A stretch of 64,000 nt of DNA from Podarcis gaigeae (lineage: Eukaryota), in assembly GCA_964106915.2 (NCBI GenBank), contig OZ066918.1; one strand, written 5' to 3'. A model generated the notes under the pieces. It was not told the DNA's origin, ran no database searches, and saw nothing but the letters and a program-made list of their open reading frames with translations. A program made the translations under genes and the position numbers. Shown in pieces: positions 12,722-25,500 of the stretch (position 1 is the stretch's first letter; every line of letters begins with the position of its first letter).

Positions 12722-13617
12722 GGCACCGCCGTCGAGTCCGTTGCGGGCTGCACACTCGGTCCTGCGGCTCCCGCTCTGTCCGCCCCGCCCATGGATGTCA
12801 CTCATTGGCCGCGGACGGTTTTCGCGCCGCCCCGAGCCAATGTCCATTGGTAGGCTGCGACTCACGCTCTCTTCCATTGGCTAACGTCCGTCCTGTCTCC
12901 CGCCTATCCAGAGAGGATATTGGGCAATACCTCTTTGACCTTTCGTTCGTTCCTCACCCGATTGGCTACTTTTCCGCTTTATTCGAGATACGTGAGGAAA
13001 AGGAGAAAGGTATTGGCTACGATGCCTGCCGTTCAAGCTGACAGGCTTGTAATAAGGCTGCGCAGTTTTCTTTGGTGCGTGGGGTTTGTTTGTGGATGTT
13101 GGTTGGCTTGCTTTCAGTGATGACGTTGCCGTGGGAAGAATATGCCTGTACATTGGTGGACCAAACATGCAGTGTGAGAGTTGACTGGAGGCTGCGAATG
13201 GGCAACAGGGCGCCTGCGCGTTCCCGCGAAGACGAGGCCCACAAAAAAAGGAGGTGTACGTTGAAAAGCCACCCTTGGGCCTACGAATTGGGCAATATAC
13301 GCATGACGTAACGAAAACCCGCCCGAATGACCCTCGCCGGGTTGGCCCAGAGCTTGTGACGTGTTGGAAATTACTGAATGACACTTGAGGAGAGTATCGG
13401 GTCCCGTCCTGGAAAGAGCGGCGTGCCCTTCGGAAAGCGCAGCTGGTTGGCTGCCCGCCGCGGGAGGCGGAGCCCAGGCCGACTCGGTTCCGTTGCGTCA
13501 ACCTTACCCGGGCTCTGCCATTGGCTGCCGCCCAGCCCGGTCGCCCTGGGGACGTGGCTGGAGCAAAGGGCCGACGAAGTCGTGGCGCCGGACGGCGAGC
13601 GCGGGGCGAAGGAAGCG
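12722..13617. promoter_or_regulatory. Bidirectional CpG-island promoter SLC25A28/ENTPD7, including ENTPD7 non-coding exon 1
   Basis: Divergent genes; 10 CCAAT/ATTGG boxes (12804, 12837, 12846, 12876, 12919, 12961, 13012, 13152, 13287, 13520); CRE-like TGACGTAA at 13304 and TGACGTG at 13357; GC boxes; ENTPD7 exon-1 donor GTAAGT at 13618. Confidence 0.8.
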
Positions 13618-13979
13618 GTAAGTCGGGCTCTCCGGGGAAGCGGGGGGAAAGGAGCGCTGCCTGTGTGGAAGGGGAACCGCGGCACTGCCGGGCGGAGGAG
13701 CCTGCTCTGCGGCCAGAGGCGCGTCTCTCTCTCTCTCTCTCTCTCTGAAGCTGATCTCAGCCTGGGATGAAATGTGGAGCATTAATTAACGGACCAATTT
13801 TGTGGCCCTTTCAGGGGGTAGAGGCGGGAAGGTCGTCGGCGCTGATCCCTGGTTTAACCACTCCGTCTCTTCCTTCCTTTTTCAGGGTCCAGGATCATCC
13901 TGCAACTTGGAGGAGCCGAAAGAGATGCTACTTCCTCCTGGGACCCGCACTGGAAGCTGACAGACTGCGGGACGAGCAC

Positions 13980-16900
13980 ATGGCCAGGTGAGGTGATGGG
14001 ATCGCGGGTCCCACTACGAATTGCCCACACGGTCTCCTTTCCGGCGTTGCCGGCTTCCTCCTCCTCGTCGTTGTACCCCGTGGGCGTGGGCTGCTTCCCG
14101 GCTGCTAGGCAGGGCGGTGGCGACCTTGATGCCACTGGAAGAGCAGGTGCGCTGTGGGAGCCTTGGGGCTTGGAGTTTGAGACCCCTGACCCACAAGCGC
14201 AGGGGGAGACCGACAAAGAAATGGAAGGATCTCAACAAAGAACTCTTGATCTGAAAACCAGATATAGCCCAGCACTGATCTGGGTTCGAGATTGCTTGTT
14301 GATTGGCATGGCTTTGGGACAGGGGTTTTGCATTTAGAACAGCTTTGCTGCAGGGATTCTTCCTGAAAGCTTTGGCGTTGCCTTTTGATTTGTGCTCATG
14401 GCAGGATCTTCTCTTGCCGCTCAGAGATTGGGATACACACAGCATTATCTACCCTTCTCTTCTGCTCCCTCCCCCCCCCTGACCCTAGTTACAGTGATGC
14501 TGTCAGCCTCTTCTCTTGCTCCTTCTGTGAGGCTGGTATGTCTTAAAAACCTCTGCTGTTACAGCCAACCTGGCTAGCAGCCACTTAAGTTCAAAGATCA
14601 CAGCTTGGTGCTAATCGGTGCAGGGTAGAAGGGCAGCCTGAGTGTTTCCATGTGGTCTCTGCAGAGTATCTGTGATTGTTTCCCAGCACTTTAACCCCAT
14701 TATTATTCAAGTCCCAAATGAAAGGTTGGGAAAGGGGAAGTGGGAATGAAGAACAGAGTAGCAGAGGCTCACCTGCAAGTTAGGGAAGATTGAAAATGTA
14801 CAATGCACATCGTGTGTGCCCTTCCACAAAGATGTGTTAATGATTATGGCTGCAATCCCAGGGAGTAAGCCCAGTGAATATAGTAGGATGTACTTCTGAA
14901 TGAACATGCATAGGCTTGCATTGTTGGTGATTAATTGCAAACTATTGCTAGCTGACTCAGCTGGCTTGTTTAGATGCAAGGTTGCCAATGCCATTAAAAT
15001 GACTGCAGTACTCGGTACTCACATGGGTCCCATCTGCTCCTTGTTACATTCCCAGCTGCTTTGGAAGAAGGATCCTCCTATACCAAACTTCCAGCTGTAG
15101 GCTATGCTGGTTTAGCTGTATATGTTGGAAGCTTCAGCACTTGGATTTCTAAGATCATTTTGTTGGCAAGGACCTGTGGATGACTGATGAGGCTTTGCTA
15201 GACGTTTAACAACTGTTTAATCTGATTTTCCCCTTCTTCCAGGATCAGTTTTTCCTGTCTGTGTCCAGCATCTTGGCACTTCACAGTGCCTTCAGTGAGC
15301 CTTTGTCTCCGTCAGCGGCTGGGCCTGCTGGGCCTCTTAGTTGCAGCCAGTATTTTGCTGTTTGTGGGAATCACAAATCTATGGCGTTGGAAAACTAGTT
15401 CTCGGGACTGGCAGTCTGAAAGGTGAGTGAATGTGACTGCACTGGCATGAAGCATGCTGAGATAAGGCAAAAAGATCCTTTCAAAGGAGTCAGTCGACTT
15501 CCACTGCTTGCATTTCCAAGTTAGCTAAGCTTTAGCAAAACATTCTAAATTACCGTATTTTCCCCTCTATAACACGCAGATTTTTTCTCCTAAAAAGTAA
15601 GGGGAAATGTCTATGCGTGTTATGGAGCGAATGTGTGGTCCCTGGAGCCAACTGGCCCGAGTGCATCACACATTTTCTTCAAGGGTCATCTTCGTTGCGG
15701 TCAGCAGAAGCCAGGGAAGTGCTTGCTAGGAGGTTTGGCCACTCTGCAGCCCGACTGCGTGTTTGCTAGTGTGTGTGCTTGCCTGTGTGTTTGTTCGCTA
15801 GCGTGGGTGCTTGGAGGGAGTGAGAGAGTGACGGACTGCTGCATCTTCTCCTGCAATTTGCCTTTTAAAAAATTGGAAGCAGCGGGGCAGTAAAAACCAC
15901 CTCCGAAAGCCCCATTTTTCCCTTCTAAGGCTGCAGCTCGGCTTTGGGAGCCCTGAACCCCTGCCTTGTTCTTGAGGGATCTTTGAGGTTTTCCCTTTAG
16001 CTTTAACCCAGCCCCCTTATTTTACCAGTTTATCTTCATTCTCCGTGGGCTAAACTGAATGCAGGCAGCGAGAGAGAAAGCTGTTGCTTTCCTGCATTCT
16101 GCCTCAGGGTCTTACTGCCCACCCTCTTCTCTTTCGTTAGGAGGGGAAAGCAGAGCGTCCTTCCTTCTAACTCCTCTCCGTGCTCCTGTGCTGCTGATGC
16201 TGCGTCTAGAGACTCGCAGGCAACATGCAGATTGGGGGGCGGGGGGGGGGAGAGAGAGAGAGAGAGAGAGAGAGCGCGCTGGCTGGCTGGCTTGGGGAAC
16301 TTTTGCCTTCCTTTCCTCCGTCCGGTAAAACCCTCTCCTGCATTCTTAGCCAGCTGCTTCTCCGCACACCCCTCTCAGTGCTCCTTGTCCCTTCTATGTT
16401 TTTCCTTCCCTCCCCACTTAAAATGTGGTTACAAAGCACGGATCCACATGGATCCTCAGGATTTTTGCATTGGGTCACCCCAAATTCAACATCAGATCAC
16501 ATAGCAATGATCTGATGCAAAAACAGGGCTGCAATGGTGCAAAAATGTGGTTACAAAGCATGGATCCTCAGGATCTTTGCATTGGGTCACCCCAAATTCA
16601 ACATCAGATCACATAGCATGTCCATGGCTACAGCCTGCACCAAAAAAATCACGCACCCACTGTTGCCTGGGGCTGCAATGGTGCAAAAACGTGGTTACAA
16701 AGCACAGATCCACATGGATTCTCAGGATTTTTGCATTGAGCTACCCCAAACTCACCGTCAAATCACATGTCTGTGGCCACAGCATGAAGCACAAAAATGA
16801 TACATCCACTGTTTCATTCAGAATTTTTTTTCTTGCTTTCCTTCTCTAAAAACTATGTGCGTGTTATGGTCAGGTGCGTGTTATCGAGCGAAAAATACGG

Positions 16901-18165
16901 TAATTGCTTCTGAAATGGCTTGTTCATTTAGGCATAAAGACCACTTTGTACCCTACAAAACGCTTAGAGAGATTAGTTAAGAATACGACACAGTACTGCT
17001 CTGAGACAGTTTATGCATGAAATGAAACCAACCCTAAAGGAAAGTGTTACGCTGTATGTTGTATATTAGGTGTCTTCAGGGTCAGAAAGTACTGTGTGCC
17101 TTTTAATCAAAGCTAAGATTATTCTGTACTTTGGGTGTTGTTGGACTCCCAGATCCTATCATGCCTAGCCAACATGACCGATAGCTGGGGATGATGGGAA
17201 CTGTAGTTCATCAACATATGGAGAGCCAAGGGTAGCTACCCCTGCTCTAGATGTTGTTGGACTACAAGGCTCATTGTTCCTGACAATTGATAATGGTCAC
17301 TGTTACTAACAGGAGCTGGGAAGCCCTTACACATCACCTGGTTCCTCACCCTTGCTATACATGCTACGCATAATGTAGAATCTGGTTTCCTGGGGAAACT
17401 ATGAGGAAGGGGAGAGTTAGTGGCACCAAACAAGGTGGCAGTTTCTATGGCACACAAAGTCCTTCTATCCCCCTCCTTTCCCCTCTGTTCTTCTACGATC
17501 TTGGTCTTGGGTTACAGAATTGGGCATATATTTCTGCATTTTTTGTCTAACACAAATATAGCAGTAGAAAAGGAGATGCTTGATGGAAAAAACTGCAGAG
17601 GAAATGGCAGGGCATATTTCACAGTTCCCATCCAACAGCAAAATGGGAGTGATGGGAAGAAGCCACGTGGACTGAGTTCAGCTGGCATTTTCCCACCAAC
17701 AAAGGCTGAAGCCCTTTTAAGCTAGAGGGGGAGGAGGAAGATGCTGCGCTAGTCCTGCTGGGCAGTGCTTTCACAGAGCTTCTGTTGGCACTCTTCATTT
17801 AGTGAAATGTTGGGAACGAAGGACTGTCAGGGTGTCAACATAAGAACCCAAGGTTTAACTGCTGGGAAGTCCCAAATTTTGCCCTTAAATGATTCCCAAC
17901 CCACACATATAATGCTCTTCAGTACGTTTGCACAGGGACTGGCAATTCTGCTGCCAGTTGGTGTTCTGCAATTGGAAAGTGTGAGGTATCTGGCACAGAA
18001 GCAGTTGCTTGAGCTGGTTTGCCCACCTTCTTTTACACAGTCCCTGTTTGGGTATTCAGGCTTCACATGTAAGCAAACATGTGAGGAGAAGCTGGAGAAC
18101 TGTGCTGCCAACCCCTCTCCACAGCATCATCTGTACAAAGTTCAGAGCTTTCTCTCTCTTTCTCT

Positions 18166-18206
<41 letters not shown>

Positions 18207-21200
18207 GTCCTGATTTAGCAGACTTCTGAATCGCACAAGGAACTGCCATGTGGAGAAGAGGCTTCCCACTTCAGACACCTCACTTTTCCCTATACCCACT
18301 CCTCTTAAGATGAATAAAATTTCAGAATGACTAGATGTGTGACTTGAAGTATTAACACCAGTCTACTGTTCCTAAAGAAAGGAAGTTGTCAATAAATATA
18401 ACACCAGAGAGATAGGAAAGCATAAAAGACAACAAGCAACTCATAAAGAAAACAAAAGGTAAAAACAACAACAACAAAACTTCTTAACATTACTAACTGG
18501 TTCTTCATTGGTGTTAAATATGCTTGGCAGATTACTAAGAATTAAAAATTACTAAACTAGGAAGTAATTATTTACATTTCTGTCCATAAGATGACAAAGA
18601 ACAGTTCTTTTACGTCAAGGATGAAAGCTGATAATTTCCCATAGGCAATACTGCCTGTCCCCCAGTTGCATCTTAAGAAATGAGGGAATAGTTTTAAGAT
18701 TCTAAGTTAGGATCCCCCAATCTGAACCAGACTTCTCATGGTCTGCTGGAAAATGACAGTACTTCCTCTGAAGCCAGGATTTTATTTGATATGCTAAAGA
18801 GGGTCTCTCCAGCTGCGGTTCTTTATAAGATTAACAAGTCTAGACTTGTTGATGTTATCACTTTAAAATGGGCCATTAAGATAAAGGTAGGGTAAATGTT
18901 TTGGCAAAAGCCAGCTATTTGCATTTGACAACCACCTTAACCAAGTAATTTTCAGACCAAAGGAGAGATTGGTAATTACTTTTAAATTCACATTTCCTCT
19001 AAACTATACATTCACATTGTATACATCCTCTCAGCTTCCCTTATGGCAGGTAGCAACTTGCCTTTAATTTTAAAAGGGCATTTCTGCTGCAGCTTTTGTT
19101 TGCATAATATCCAGTAACATCCAGCATTTATTACCCCAGCCATTCATCAGATGCACACCAGCTTACCTTCAGCAGGTTCATTGCTGGACCTGGGACCAAT
19201 GCTTGTGCCTCTTCCTTCAAGAGCAGAGCTGATCCTACAAGATGCATTTAGCTGCATGGCTTTTATTTTTTCAATGTGATGTGGACTGGACAGAATTTTC
19301 TTGTTGGGACAGACTACCAATTACTGTACTCAAATAATGTGACATTCAATGGCTCCTCTAGAACTCAGACTCTGATCAACTTCTTGTCCCACCTGACACA
19401 GTTCAGAGGGCCTGGCACTGCCTCATCCATGGTTGTCCTACCACATGGCAGGCCTTGGGTCTTCCTGCTTCTCCTCTTCCTTTGCCCTTTCCTCCTTCCA
19501 TGAATGCTGATTAACAGATGTAAACAAAGACTGATAGAGTGGCTTATGCCTCAACTTTTGTGACCTGACCTTCTGTCTGTGATAGGTCTGGCTTCTCCTC
19601 CCTCTTGGATCAGATGCCATTGTATTTGTGCATCTCTTGGCTCCTGTGTCCATGGGGAAATCCAGCTGGAATACTTGGGGTGGCGTGTGGCATTTGTGAG
19701 AGCTGCTGCTCTAGCTGAGTGCCCAGGGAATCTATGCCCTCTTCTGCAAAAGTCAGGATGTTGGAACATTTGGCCCTATGGCATTTGGCCGTGGGATGGC
19801 CTTCTTCAAACCCTTGCTTTGTTCCACCGCTGCTGCTGCTGCTGGGTGGGGGAAGCAGCAGAGGCTGTGCTGACTGAGCCAGAATTTCCTTCAGTGCAAG
19901 AAAGGGGAGCAGGATCAATAAGAACTGTGGTGGCATGAATTCTCTGTCTAATGGATCTGCAAAACCCACTAATTTGGTTAGCTTTCTTCTTAATGGCTGG
20001 ACATGCTGTGGTCTCTCAGTCCTGTTTTCTGATTGCACCGATGAAATGGCACAAAGTGGGTAGGTTGGGATGTCTGCTTCAGTTCTCTGGTTCCTGGGGA
20101 GCTGAATCCAGTGCCTAGGGGGATTCCAATAACTTTCATCTGGTTTCTAGAAGGGGGAACGAGAGCCTCCGCAGGGACTAGATGCACATGCTGGGTCAGC
20201 ATCGCTTGAAGCATTTATGGAGAAGTGATATAGGCATTTTGTGTTCCTGTAATTCCTATTATTGCTGTTGTGCAATAATAGACAGCCTCTGAAAGAGCAG
20301 AGCAGGCATTTTATGGAATGCTGGATCTGCCTTTTTATTTTCTTTTAGGGGTGTGAAGACTGGTCTGGTCTCTAACTCTTAACTCCAAATCTTCCTCATT
20401 CCCCTTGCAGGTACCTGGAACGGTTTCATACCTTGGAGGCAACGGACACAAATAACCCATCTCTGAATTACGGGGTGGTTATTGATTGCGGGAGCAGCGG
20501 GTCCCGAGTCTTTGTATACTTTTGGCCACCACACAATGGGAATCCGCACGACCTGCTGGACATCCGGCAGATGCGAGACCGTAACGGCCAGCCTGTTGTC
20601 AAGAAGATCAAGCCAGGTTTGGATATTTCCAAATGCCTTTTTTGTTGGTGGCTGTGAACCCACAAGCACCAAGCACCTGGAGGTGGGCAGAGTTGTTCTG
20701 TAGAGATGGCAGCTGAGGGAATATTCCCTTTTCATTGTACAGGGATCTCTACTCTGGCAGCCACTCCAGACAAAGCTAGTGACTACATCAGGCCGCTGCT
20801 CAGCTTTGCTGCTGCCTATGTGCCCAGTACCAAGCACAAAGAGACTCCCCTCTACATTTTGTGTACTGCAGGAATGAGACTGCTGCCGGACTGGTGAGTG
20901 AGCTATATTTTTCCAAGACCTGAGCAGAGTAGGCTTGGGACTGGGGAGCAGGAAGTGCCGGGCCTCTTGGAGCTACAGATGGACTTGCATCCTGAAGTAG
21001 AAAGGGACAGGGTGTGGGGTGTATCTTCACTGTAGCAGTCAAATACAACATTTCCTGTTTCCTAGAGTGGACACACAGGGGGATGTTGCTCCAGACAGGG
21101 AGGATTTCCTGTCATACCTGCTCTGGAGCACCCTCCCCCTGTGTGCGACCAGGTAGATGGGTGTGACCCTAGCAGACCCTATAAAAGGGCCAGTCACGCA

Positions 21201-22531
21201 GCCATCTTCCTCTTTTGCTGCTCTTTTGCGACTCCTCTGCTGGCTCTTAGCCAGCAGCACATGGCTCATTCTTACAGAGGATGGAAGCCACAAGGTAGAA
21301 AGTCTGAGGCCTAGCTCAGACTTCTTTTCTCTACAACTGTAACTGTGACTACAAAATAAAGCCTGCCTTCAGGACAATACTGTGAACCGAATGTAAGTAA
21401 ACTTTATCATTACTTTTAAAAGAAGACTGTCATGGCATTATTCTTTTTAAGAGGGAACTAAAGGGGAAATTTACCAGGAACAATCCAATCTGGACAAGCC
21501 AGACTGGATTGCTCAATTCAAATGATTCTAACAAATCCATCAACTAGCTTCCAGCAATGTGCAAGGGAATGTGCTCTGCTACTACTACTACTACTAATAA
21601 TTTATTATTTCTACCCGCCCATCTGGCTGGGTTTCCCCACCCACTCTGGGTGGCTTTCAACAGAACATTAAAAACAGAATAAAACTTCAGACATTAAAAA
21701 CTTCCCTAAACAGGGCTGCCTTCAGATGTTAAGGTGTTCCACAGGGTGGGCACCACTACCGAGAAGGCCCTCTTCCTGGTTCCCTGTAACCTCACTTCTT
21801 GCAGTGAGGGAACCGCCAGAAGGCCCTCGGCGCTGGACCTCAGTGTCCGGCTGAACGATGGGGGTGGAGACTAGCTCACTAACGTGAGGAAGGATAATAT
21901 TTAATCAATATATCCTCTCCTACTATCCACAACATTCCCACACAGGGTTCCCTAACTTGATAGTGAGCAATGGGTCATCTCCACCCCAGGTGGACTAAAA
22001 ATTAAGTCCTGCTTATGAAGTTGTTGTGGGTGTTTGCAAATTCGTGGCTGGAAAGAGACCAAGTGAGAAGGGTGACTTGCACAGGGGGACAAAAGGACAA
22101 GATTTTGAAATGAGGTCGAGTCTGCTGTTTAGACACCTTGACCATTCGGCAAAGGAGCAGTGGAGAGGGGGGTCATTATATTTCAGTACAAAGAAATGGG
22201 AGTTGCTCAGTTTGTCTGCTTGTGGATCTTCACAGGCAGCAGACAGCCATCCTGGCAGACCTGGTGAAGGATGTGCCCCTGGAATTTGATTTCCTCTTCT
22301 CAGAATCACAGGCAGAAGTGATCTCTGGGAAGCAAGAAGGTAGGTGTTGGGCCAGAAAGGCTCGCTCACTCCATCATCACTGTGATGAGGCTGCATTTTA
22401 ATATTTTAATGTTTCAATATTTTAATGTTGTATTTTAATCTTGTTTTTAAGTTGTATTCATTCAACTTGTTTTTATTATTGCTTGTTAGCTGCCCTGAGC
22501 CCGGCCTTGGCTGGGGCGGGCGGGGTATGAA

Positions 22532-22575
<44 letters not shown>

Positions 22576-25500
22576 ATATCACCATCATCTTAGGGAGTTT
22601 GGCAAAGGGTGAAGGGAGAGAGGGGGGAACGTAGGTAGTGAGGCAGCACTGTGCAGGATCTGGGGGCTTAGCTAGCTGTTAAACCAGCTTAACTTGCTGT
22701 TGGCGGTGCCTGTCCCTTGGGGTTGTTCCCTCCCCTCAAACTTCACAGGGTGCTACTCAAGTCCTGTACCTTCAAGGAACCCAACACTGCTTTTGATTCT
22801 CTTTCTTCCCCCACCCCCAATTTCCCAGGAGTCTATTCTTGGATAGGCATCAACTTTGTATTGGGAAGATTTGACCACGAAGAAGGTGAGACCGGGAAAG
22901 GGACAGTGGAGTTGAATGGGTAGGTAGAAGTTTTCTCTTTTGGCTCAGTTCCCTCTTGAGGGAGGGAATCTTCAGCACAGTTTGCTCGATTCCCAGCAGG
23001 AATGGAGATTTGGTTTTCCCACATGACCTGAACTAAGGCACCTTCCCATTCTGCAGTTTAGCAGGAGTGAAGGTGAGCAAGAGAGACTAGAGCGGATCCC
23101 CACTTCTTCCCTAACTTCTGCCCCCGCCCCCCCAAACCCTAGACATTTCTAGTGTTCAGCCCAAGAGGTATGGGGATGTGCCATCTTCCATCTCCATCTT
23201 CCATTGCTTTGGAAACTCTCTCTTTCTCTTTCTCTTTCTCTCTCTCCCTCTGGGATTGTAGAGGAAGATGCAGTGATTTCTGTGACCCTGGCTGGCCAGG
23301 AAGAAACCCTGGTGCGAAAGAGGACTGTTGGGATCCTTGACATGGGAGGTGCCTCTCTGCAAATCGCCTATGAGGTGCCGACTTCCACGTCCTTCTCTTC
23401 CCCGCAGGAGGTGTGTAGTTTGGGAGGGAAATATGTGCTATGGTCCAGGTTGGGCACTGTTTCTTACTCCCTCTCTCCCTCCCCTCTGCTACCGACAGGA
23501 GGAAGCTGCCAAGAGCCTGCTTGCTGATTTCAACCTTGGCTGTGACATGCAACACACGAAGCACGTGTACCGAGTCTACGTCAGCACCTTCCTGGGCTTT
23601 GGGGGCAACTACGCCCGGCAGCGCTATGAAGAGCTGGTGCTGAATCAGACCACCACCCGCAACAGGTGATGTCCTCATGCTGCCAGGTTTCAAAAGGTCT
23701 GGCTAAAGGCAGCTCTGGATTCCACTGCCCCCAGGAGTTCAAGGTGTGGCATCCTGGGAGAGGGTGTGTGTTTATTTGTAGGAGGCAGGCTCCCTGAGTG
23801 ATGAGATCAATGGGAGAAGTTTTTGATGGTCCGTATGCATACCTCTAGCCTGTTTCGGGGTGGCACAGAAGAACTCACTGATCATAACTTGCCGCTGGGG
23901 ATGTCTGTGTTTTCCCAACCCTGAAGCTTAGGCTCTCGTTGCAGGTTGAAGGGTGAGCAGCTTGGCGCAAATGCTGGGGTGCCCGTCTTGGACCCCTGCC
24001 TGCCTGTGGGACTGGAGGATGTTGTGGAGCATGGCGGCCAGACCCTGCACATCAAGGGCCAGGGAGACTGGCAGTTGTGCGCGAAGCAAGTGCACCTCCT
24101 GCTGGCGGGAGACAACAGAACCACGGTGTCTCTGCGCAACACCTATCAGGCACCAATTGACTTTGTTAACAGCGAATTCTATGGGTTCTCTGAATTCTAC
24201 TACTGCACCGAAGATGTGCTGCGCCTGGGAGGACTGTACCACATGCCCACGTTCACACGCGCTGCCCAGGTGACTCTAGAATATGTGATCACTTTGCCAG
24301 GATAGGGGGTATTGTTTCTGTGCCCACTCATGTCTTTTGCCTCCTTCCAGGATTTTTGCAGCCTGAGCTGGTCCTTATTGATCCAGAGGTTCCGAGACCA
24401 CCTATACTCAGCACATGCAGATCTGCACCGTGTCAAGTAAGAATCCATTCTTCCTTTTCACAGAGAATGTGCTTGGTCCTTAGCTCTTCTTCCATGGACG
24501 GTGAAGGGGTGGGGGTAAGATTGCCCCCCAGCAGTTTTCTCAACTGATGAGCCTCAGTCCAGCGTATTTGTGATGGAGTCTCTATGCTCTGCTTGCAGGT
24601 ACCAGTGCTTCAAATCAGCATGGATGCACCAAGTCCTACACGAAGGCTTTCATTTCCCCAAGGATTATTCTGGTCTGCGCACAGCCCAGTTGGTGTATGA
24701 TCGTGAGGTACAATGGACACTGGGAGCCATTCTCTATAAAACTCGTTTTCTGCCACTCAGGTAACCTAAATTGCTGCCCACTACATGTTTTCTCATCTTA
24801 AGAGTGGTAGAGTTCTTTTGGTTACTTCAGAATCAGTCTTTCAAACAAGGTCTTCAGTAAAGAACTGGACCATGGCACTTGACTAGGAGTAAAATGCCGG
24901 TTTTCTAGCCCTAATTAGAGTGTTCAGTCATCTTAATATGTGAACTTGGGAGTAAGCCTCACAGAGTTCAACATGAGGAGGGCTTACTCTCAATAAGCAT
25001 GCATAGGATTGAGCTTGAAACATGGAGGAGTTCAGTACTCTGTGTTTAGTTTGAAGTTGCTTTTTTTGAACTTGAGAAAGCAAGTGATCCTGCCAGCAGT
25101 GCTTTTCTGAAAGAAAAAAAAACAGAAAAGGAGAAAGCAAAGGCATGCAGAGACCTGGTTTGTTTTTAAGAGGTACCTAAGGGAGAGACATCAAAAGCAC
25201 CCTCAATGAAGCACAGAGCCTGCGTGAAAAGGAAGGATCCTTTATCAGTAGGCAACATGGTGTCTTAAACCATTAAACTAAACCTATGTTTTCGACATCT
25301 CTCATCTATTTACAAATGGTCTGTAGGGCATAGGCCTGAGAAAAGCCAGGTATTTGGGAATGATACTTACTGCAGTATCTGGAATGCTTCTTTGTCTGCT
25401 AGTTGCAAGAGATTCAAGCTTAGCGCAGCTTCACATTTTAACTTCAGACTGATTTTTCTTTGTTTTTCAGGGATCTCCGCCAGGAGAGCATCCACCAACC

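Noticed and set aside
12722-12877. In-frame upstream ATGs extending SLC25A28 by up to 52 aa
   Set aside because: Each ATG is part of a CCAATG promoter box, probably upstream of the TSS; the protein resembles orthologues only from MEL.
16420-16770. Repeat-spacer-like pattern suggesting CRISPR
   Set aside because: Long diverged units inside a eukaryotic DNA transposon; no cas genes; vertebrate DNA.
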